Source of the DNA: Auanema rhodensis
Lineage: Eukaryota; Animalia; Nematoda
Direction: 5' to 3'
NCBI GenBank assembly: GCA_964057225.1
Contig: OZ059900.1
Span: 15,128,001 to 15,192,000, forward strand
Length of the DNA stretch: 64,000 nucleotides
Shown here: in pieces, positions 55,564 to 64,000 of the stretch
How the letters are laid out: each line of letters opens with the position of its first letter
Numbering within the stretch: the first letter of the stretch is position 1
Notes under the pieces: model-generated
Databases searched by the model: none
What the model was told of the DNA's origin: nothing
What the model saw: the letters and a program-made list of their open reading frames with translations, nothing else
Translations under genes and position numbers: made by a program

Positions 55564-55871
55564 TTGAATTTGCACTTAGAAACTTTCATTAAGAGTGTGA
55601 GTTTGAATTATAGTAGAAAAATGAAACACTGTCTCTAACATATCTTGATTTATGGCCTACTTTACTCAAAGAGCTAATGGAAGTTTGGTGTTAGAATGAA
55701 CAATTGATTAACGCTGACGTTTCAATTTTTTTCATCGTACTTGAGATAGAACATTTAAATTAAATGGAAATGTTTAAAAATTTAGAAAAAATCACAAGCT
55801 CAAATCACTTTTGAAAAAACAGAAAGTTTAAAACAACTTTTTTTCTAATAATTATCTTTTTTATCCGACTT

Positions 55872-58800
55872 CGATTTCATGTGTTCAAACTCATGCAATG
55901 TCAATGAAACCTAGCTCAAAATTGTTCCTACAACGTCTAATTCCACTTTCACGACAAAAAAACAGGGGTTAGAAAATTAAGGAAATTAGCATATTCTGAG
56001 GGCACGCCCCTTATGGCTAATATTGATTAAATCGATTTTTGTTCATATGAGTCGTCAAATGCAACGAATTTCAGCGTGTTACATACTAAAATGAAGCATT
56101 TTACATGCTGAACACTATAAAAATACAAAAACACAGTATTTCCCATGAGAAATATTTTATTATGCTGGAAAACCAGTTTTTGGAAATTTCGCTGTAAACA
56201 AGGTTTTGACTTACGATTTCATGTGTTCAAACTCATGCAATGTCAATGAAACCTAGCTCAAAATTGTTCGTACAACGTCTAGTTCCACTTTCACGACAAA
56301 AAAACAGGGGTTAGAAAATTAAGGAAATTAGCATATTCTGAGGGCACGCCCCTTATGGCTAATATTGATTAAATCGATTTTTGTTCATATGAGTCGTCAA
56401 ATGCAACGAATTTTAGCGTGTTACATACTAAAATGAAGCATTTTACATGCTGAACACTAGAAAAATACAAAAACACAGTATTTCCCATGAGAAATATTTT
56501 ATTATGCTGGAAAACCAGTTTTTGGAAATTTCGCTGTAAACGAGGTTTTGACTTACGATTTCATGTGTTCAAACTCATGCAATGTCAATGAAACCTTGCT
56601 CAAAATTGTTCCTACAACGTCTAGTTCCACTTTCACGACAAAAAAACAGGGGTTAGAAAATTAAGGAAATTAGCATATTCTGAGGGCACGCCCCTTATGG
56701 CTAATATTGATTAAATCGATTTTTGTTCATATGAGTCGTCAAATGCAACAAATTTCAGCGTGTTACATACTAAAATGAAGCATTTTACATGCTGAACACT
56801 AGAAAAATACAAAAACACAGTTTTTCCCATGAGAAATATTTTATTATGCTGGAAAACCAGTTTTTGGAAATTTCGCTGTAAACAAGGTTTTGACTTACGA
56901 TTTCATGAGTTCAAACTCATGCAATGTCAATGAAACCTAGCTCAAAATTGTTCGTACAACGTCTAGTTCCACTTTCACGACAAAAAACAGGGGTTAGAAA
57001 ATTAAGGAAATTAGCACATTCTGAGGGCACGCCCCTTATGGCTAATATTGATTAAATCGATTTTTGTTCATATGAGTCGTCAAATGCAACGAATTTCAGC
57101 GTGTTACATACTAAAATGAAGCATTTTACATGCTGAACACTAGAAAAATACAAAAACACAGTTTTTCCCATGAGAAATATTTTATTATGCTGGAAAACCA
57201 GTTTTTGGAAATTTCGCTGTAAACAAGGTTTTGACTTACGATTTCATGTGTTCAAACTCATGCAATGTCAATGAAACCTAGCTCAAAACTGTTCGTACAA
57301 CGTCTAGTTCCACTTTCACGACAAAAAAACAGGGGTTAGAAAATTAAGGAAATTAGCATATTCTGAGGGCACGCCCCTTATGGCTAATATTGATTAAATC
57401 GATTTTTGTTCATATGAGTCGTCAAATGCAACGAATTTCAGCGTGTTACATACTAAAATGAAGTATTTTACATGCTGAACACTAGAGAAATACAAAAACA
57501 CAGTATTTCCCATAAGAAGTATTTTATTATGCTGGAAAACCAGTTTTTGGAAATTTCGCTGTAAACAAGATTTTGACTTACGATTTCATGTGTTCAAACT
57601 CATGCAATGTCAATGAAACCTAGCTCAAAATTGTTCGTACAACGTCTAGTTCCACTTTCACGACAAAAAAACAGGGGTTAGAAAATTAAGGAAATTAGCA
57701 TATTCTGAGGGCACGCCCCTTATGGCTAATATTGATTAAATCGATTTTTGTTCATATGAGTAGTCAAATGCAACGAATTTCAGCGTGTTACATACTTAAA
57801 TGAAGCATTTTACATGCTGAACACTAGAAAAATACAAAAACACAGTATTTCCCATGAGAAATATTTTATTATGCTGGAAACCAGTTTTTGGAATTTTCGC
57901 TGTAAACAAGGTTTGACTTACGATTTCATGTGTTCAAACTCATGCAATGTCAATAAAACCTAGCTCAAAATTGTTCGTACAACGTCTAGTTCCACTTTCA
58001 CGACAAAAAAACAGGGGTTAGAAAATTTAGGAAATTAGCATATTCTGAGGGCACGCCCCTTATGGCTAATATTGATTAAATCGATTTTTGTTCATATAAG
58101 TCGTCAAATGCAACGAATTTCAGCGTGTTACAAACTAAAATGAAGTATTTCACATGCTGAACACTAGAAAAATACAAAAACACAGTATTTCCCATGAGAA
58201 ATATTTTATTATGCTGGAAAACCAGTTTTTGGAAATTTCGCTGTAAACAAGGTTATGACTTACGATTTCATGTGTTCAAACTCATGCAATGTCAATGAAA
58301 CCTAGCTCAAAATTGTTCGTACAACGTCTAGTTCCACTTTCACGACAAAAAAACAGGGGTTAGAAAATTTAGGAAATTAGCATATTCTGAGGGCACGCCC
58401 CTTATGGCTAATATTGATTAAATCGATTTTTGTTCATATGAGTCGTCAAATGCAACGAATTTCAGCGTGTTACATACTAAAATGAAGTATTTTACATGCT
58501 GAACACTAGAAAAGTACAAAAACACAGTATTTCCCATGAGAAATATTTTATTATGCTGGAAAACCAGTTTTTGGAAATTTCGCTGTAAACAAGGTTTTGA
58601 CTTACGATTTCATGAGTTCAAACTCATGCAATGTCAATGAAACCTAGCTCAAAATTGTTCGTACAACGTCTAGTTCCACTTTCACGACAAAAAACAGGGG
58701 TTAGAAAATTAAGGAAATTAGCATATTCTGAGGGCACGCCCCTTATGGCTAATATTGATTAAATCGATTTTTGTTCATATAAGTCGTCAAATGCAACGAA

Positions 58801-61800
58801 TTTCAGCGTGTTACAAACTAAAATGAAGTATTTTACATGCTGAACACTAGAAAAATACAAAAACACAGTATTTCCCATGAGAAATATTTTATTATGCTGG
58901 AAAACCAGTTTTTGGAAATTTCGCTGTAAACAAGGTTATGACTTACGATTTCATGTGTTCAAACTCATGCAATGTCAATGAAACCTAGCTCAAAATTGTT
59001 CGTACAACGTCTAGTTCCACTTTCACGACAAAAAAACAGGGGTTAGAAAATTTAGGAAATTAGCATATTCTGAGGGCACGCCCCTTATGGCTAATATTGA
59101 TTAAATCGATTTTTGTTCATATGAGTCGTCAAATGCAACGAATTTCAGCGTGTTACATACTAAAATGAAGTATTTTACATGCTGAACACTAGAAAAGTAC
59201 AAAAACACAGTATTTCCCATGAGAAATATTTTATTATGCTGGAAAACCAGTTTTTGGAAATTTCGCTGTAAACAAGGTTTTGACTTACGATTTCATGAGT
59301 TCAAACTCATGCAATGTCAATGAAACCTAGCTCAAAATTGTTCGTACAACGTCTAGTTCCACTTTCACGACAAAAAACAGGGGTTAGAAAATTAAGGAAA
59401 TTAGCATATTCTGAGGGCACGCCCCTTATGGCTAATATTGATTAAATCGATTTTTGTTCATATGAGTCGTCAAATGCAACGAATTTCAGCGTGTTACATA
59501 CTAAAATGAAGCATTTTACATGCTGAACACTAGAAAAATACAAAAACACAGTTTTTCCCATGAGAAATATTTTATTATGCTGGAAAACCAGTTTTTGGAA
59601 ATTTCGCTGTAAACAAGGTTTTGACTTACGATTTCATGTGTTCAAACTCATGCAATGTCAATGAAACCTAGCTCAAAACTGTTCGTACAACGTCTAGTTC
59701 CACTTTCACGACAAAAAAACAGGGGTTAGAAAATTAAGGAAATTAGCATATTCTGAGGGCACGCCCCTTATGGCTAATATTGATTAAATCGATTTTTGTT
59801 CATATGAGTCGTCAAATGCAACGAATTTCAGCGTGTTACATACTAAAATGAAGTATTTTACATGCTGAACACTAGAGAAATACAAAAACACAGTATTTCC
59901 CATAAGAAATATTTTATTATGCTGGAAAACCAGTTTTTGGAAATTTCGCTGTAAACAAGATTTTGACTTACGATTTCATGTGTTCAAACTCATGCAATGT
60001 CAATGAAACCTAGCTCAAAATTGTTCGTACAACGTCTAGTTCCACTTTCACGACAAAAAAACAGGGGTTAGAAAATTAAGGAAATTAGCATATTCTGAGG
60101 GCACGCCCCTTATGGCTAATATTGATTAAATCGATTTTTGTTCATATGAGTAGTCAAATGCAACGAATTTCAGCGTGTTACAAACTAAAATGAAGTATTT
60201 TACATGCTGAACACTAGAAAAATACAAAAACACAGTATTTCCCATGAGAAATATTTTATTATGCTGGAAAACCAGTTTTTGGAAATTTCGCTGTAAACAA
60301 GGTTATGACTTACGATTTCATGTGTTCAAACTCATGCAATGTCAATGAAACCTAGCTCAAAATTGTTCGTACAACGTCTAGTTCCACTTTCACGACAAAA
60401 AAACAGGGGTTAGAAAATTTAGGAAATTAGCATATTCTGAGGGCACGCCCCTTATGGCTAATATTGATTAAATCGATTTTTGTTCATATGAGTCGTCAAA
60501 TGCAACGAATTTCAGCGTGTTACATACTAAAATGAAGTATTTTACATGCTGAACACTAGAAAAGTACAAAAACACAGTATTTCCCATGAGAAATATTTTA
60601 TTATGCTGGAAAACCAGTTTTTGGAAATTTCGCTGTAAACAAGGTTTTGACTTACGATTTCATGTGTTCAAACTCATGCAATGTCAATGAAACCTAGCTC
60701 AAAATTGTTCCTACAACGTCTAGTTCCACTTTCACGACAAAAAACAGGGGTTAGAAAATTAAGGAAATTAGCATATTCTGAGGGCACGCCCCTTATGGCT
60801 AATATTGATTAAATCGATTTTTGTTCATATGAGTCGTCAAATGCAACGAATTTCAGCGTGTTACATACTAAAATGAAGCATTTTACATGCTGAACACTAG
60901 AAAAATACAAAAACACAGTATTTCCCATGAGAAATATTTTATTATGCTGGAAAACCACTTTTTGGAAATTTCGCTGTAAACAAGGTTTTGACTTACGATT
61001 TCATGTGTTCAAACTCATGCAATGTCAATGAAACCTAGCTCAAAACTGTTCCTACAACGTCTAGTTCCACTTTCACGACAAAAAAACAGGGGTTAGAAAA
61101 TTAAGGAAATTAGCATATTCTGAGGGCACGACCCTTATGGCTAATATTGATTAAATCGATTTTTGTTCATATGAGTAGTCAAATGCAACGAATTTCAGCG
61201 TGTTACATACTTAAATGAAGCATTTTACATGCTGAACACTATAAAAATACAAAAACACAGTATTTCCCATGAGAAATATTTTATTATGCTGGAAAACCAG
61301 TTTTTGGAAATTTCGCTGTAAACAAGGTTTTGACTTACGATTTCATGTGTTCAAACTCATGCAATGTCAATGAAACCTAGCTCAAAACTGTTCGTACAAC
61401 GTCTAGTTCCACTTTCACGACAAAAAAACAGGGGTTAGAAAATTTAGGAAATTAGCATATTCTGAGGGCACGCCCCTTATGGCTAATATTGATTAAATCG
61501 ATTTTTGTTCATATGAGTCGTCAAATGCAACGAATTTCAGCGTGTTACATACTAAAATGAAGTATTTTACATGCTGAACACTAGAAAAATACAAAAACAC
61601 AGTATTTCCCATAAGAAATTGTTTATTATGCTGGAAAACCAGTTTTTGGAAATTTCGCTGTAAACAAGGTTTTGACTTACGATTTCATGTGTTCAAACTC
61701 ATGCAATGAATTTCAGCGTGTTACATACTAAAATGAAGCATTTCACATGCTGAACACTAGAAAAATACAAAAACACAGTATTTCCCATGAGAAATATTTT

Positions 61801-64000
61801 ATTATGCTGGAAAACCAGTTTTTGGAAATTTCGCTGTAAACAAGGTTTTGACTTACGATTTCATGTGTTCAAACTCATGCAATGTCAATGAAACCTAGCT
61901 CAAAATTGTTCCTACAACGTCTAGTTCCACTTTCACGACAAAAAAACAGGGGTTAGAAAATTAAGGAAATTAGCATATTCTGAGGGCACGCCCCTTATGG
62001 CTAATATTGATTAAATCGATTTTTGTTCATATGAGTCGTCAAATGCAACGAATTTCATCGTGTTACATACTAAAATGAAGCATTTTACATGCTGAACACT
62101 AGAAAAATACAAAAACACAGTATTTCTCATGAGAAATATTTTATTATGCTGGAAAACCAGTTTTTGGAAATTTCGCTGTAAACAAGGTTTTGACTTACGA
62201 TTTCATGTGTTCAAACTCATGCAATGTCAATGAAACCTAGCTCAAAATTGTTTGTACAACGTCTAGTTCCACTTTCACGACAAAAAAACAGGGGTTAGAA
62301 AATTAAGGAAATTAGCATATTCTGAGGGCACGCCCCTTATGGCTAATATTGATTAAATCGATTTTTGTTCATATGAGTAGTCAAATGCAACGAATTTCAG
62401 CGTGTTACATACTAAAATGAAGCATTTTACATGCTGAACACTAGAAAAATACAAAAACACAGTATTTCCCATGAGAAATATTTTATTATGCTGGAAAACC
62501 AGTTTTTGGAAATTTCGCTGTAAACAAGGTTTTGACTTACGATTTCATGTGTTCAAACTCATGCAATGTCAATGAAACCTAGCTCAAAATTGTTCCTACA
62601 ACGTCTAAATCCACTTTCACGACAAAAAAACCGGGGTTAGAAAATTAAGTAAATTAGCATATTCTGAGGGCACGCCCCTTATGGCTAATATTGATTAAAT
62701 CGATTTTTGTTCATATGAGTCGTCAAATGCAACGAATTTCAGCGTGTTACATACTAAAATGAAGCATTTCACATGCTGAACACTAGAAAAATACAAAAAC
62801 ACAGTATTTCCCATGAGAAATATTTTATTATGCTGGAAAACCAGTTTTTGGAAATTTCGCTGTAAACAAGGTTTTGACTTACGATTTCATGTGTTCAAAC
62901 TCATGCAATGTCAATGAAACCTAGCTCAAAATTGTTCCTACAACGTCTAGTTCCACTTTCACGACAAAAAAACAGGGGTTAGAAAATTAAGGAAATTAGC
63001 ATATTCTGAGGGCACGCCCCTTATGGCTAATATTGATTAAATCGATTTTTGTTCATATGAGTCGTCAAATGCAACGAATTTCAGCGTGTTACATACTAAA
63101 ATGAAGCATTTTACATGCTGAACACTAGAAAAATACAAAAACACAGTATTTCTCATGAGAAATATTTTATTATGCTGGAAAACCAGTTTTTGGAAATTTC
63201 GCTGTAAACAAGGTTTTGACTTACGATTTCATGTGTTCAAACTCATGCAATGTCAATGAAACCTAGCTCAAAATTGTTTGTACAACGTCTAGTTCCACTT
63301 TCACGACAAAAAAACAGGGGTTAGAAAATTAAGGAAATTAGCATATTCTGAGGGCACGCCCCTTATGGCTAATATTGATTAAATCGTATTTTGTTCATAT
63401 GAGTCGTCAAATGCAACGAATTTCAGCGTGTTACATACTAAAATGAAGCATTTTACATGCTGAACACTAGAAAAATACAAAAACACAGTATTTCCCATGA
63501 GAAATATTTTATTATGCTGGAAAACCAGTTTTTGGAAATTTCGCTGTAAACAAGGTTTTGACTTACGATTTCATGTGTTCAAACTCATGCAATGTCAATG
63601 AAACCTAGCTCAAAATTGTTCCTACAACGTCTAATTCCACTTTCACGACAAAAAAACCGGGGTTAGAAAATTAAGGAAATTAGCATATTCTGAGGGCACG
63701 CCCCTTATGGCTAATATTGATTAAATCGATTTTTGTTCATATGAGTCGTCAAATGCAACGAATTTCAGCGTGTTACATACTAAAATGAAGCATTTTACAT
63801 GCTGAACACTAGAAAAATACAAAAACACAGTATTTCCCATGAGAAATATTTTATTATGCTGGAAAACCAGTTTTTGGAAATTTCGCTGTAAACAAGGTTT
63901 TGACTTACGATTTCATGCGTTCAAACTCATGCAATGTCAATGAAACCTAGCTCAAAATTGTTCCTACAACGTCTAATTCCACTTTCACGACAAAAAAACA
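55872..64000 (-). repeat. 342-bp satellite, block 5, inverted (~24 monomers, continues right of window)
   Basis: Reverse-orientation monomers with their own variants (GTTCCTACAA, AATTTAGG, GGTTATGAC, AAAGTACA). Confidence 0.99.

Larger units (their letters stand above)
48625..55871 (-). repeat. Tandem tDNA array 2: 438/439-bp unit with tRNA-Asp(GTC), 16 genes
   Basis: Same unit as array 1; begins and ends within the spacer. Confidence 0.99.

Noticed and set aside
57870-57920. Monomer with two 1-nt deletions; T6/T7/T8 length variants elsewhere
   Set aside because: Homopolymer changes cannot be distinguished from slippage or sequencing error

Overview
The window is entirely non-coding, AT-rich eukaryotic tandem-repeat DNA built from two families. 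(1) A highly homogeneous 342-bp satellite (about 150 monomers) lies in blocks of alternating orientation: + 1-4341, - 4342-12710, + 18148-48255, - 48256-48623, - 55872-64000. (2) Two tandem arrays of a 438/439-bp unit each carry an intact minus-strand tRNA-Asp(GTC) gene: 13 copies at 12711-18143 and 16 copies at 48625-55871. From memory, the tRNA sequence is of the nematode (C. elegans-like) type; this was not verified by search. All listed ORFs are shadows of these repeats. The most interesting signals are architectural: tRNA arrays embedded in satellite, a ~43.9-kb macro-duplication that includes an identical inversion junction, breakpoints clustered at two dyad symmetries in the monomer, a satellite-donated Pol III terminator, evidence that the monomer is an old ~171-bp dimer, and a possible piRNA-type (Ruby-like) promoter upstream of each tRNA.
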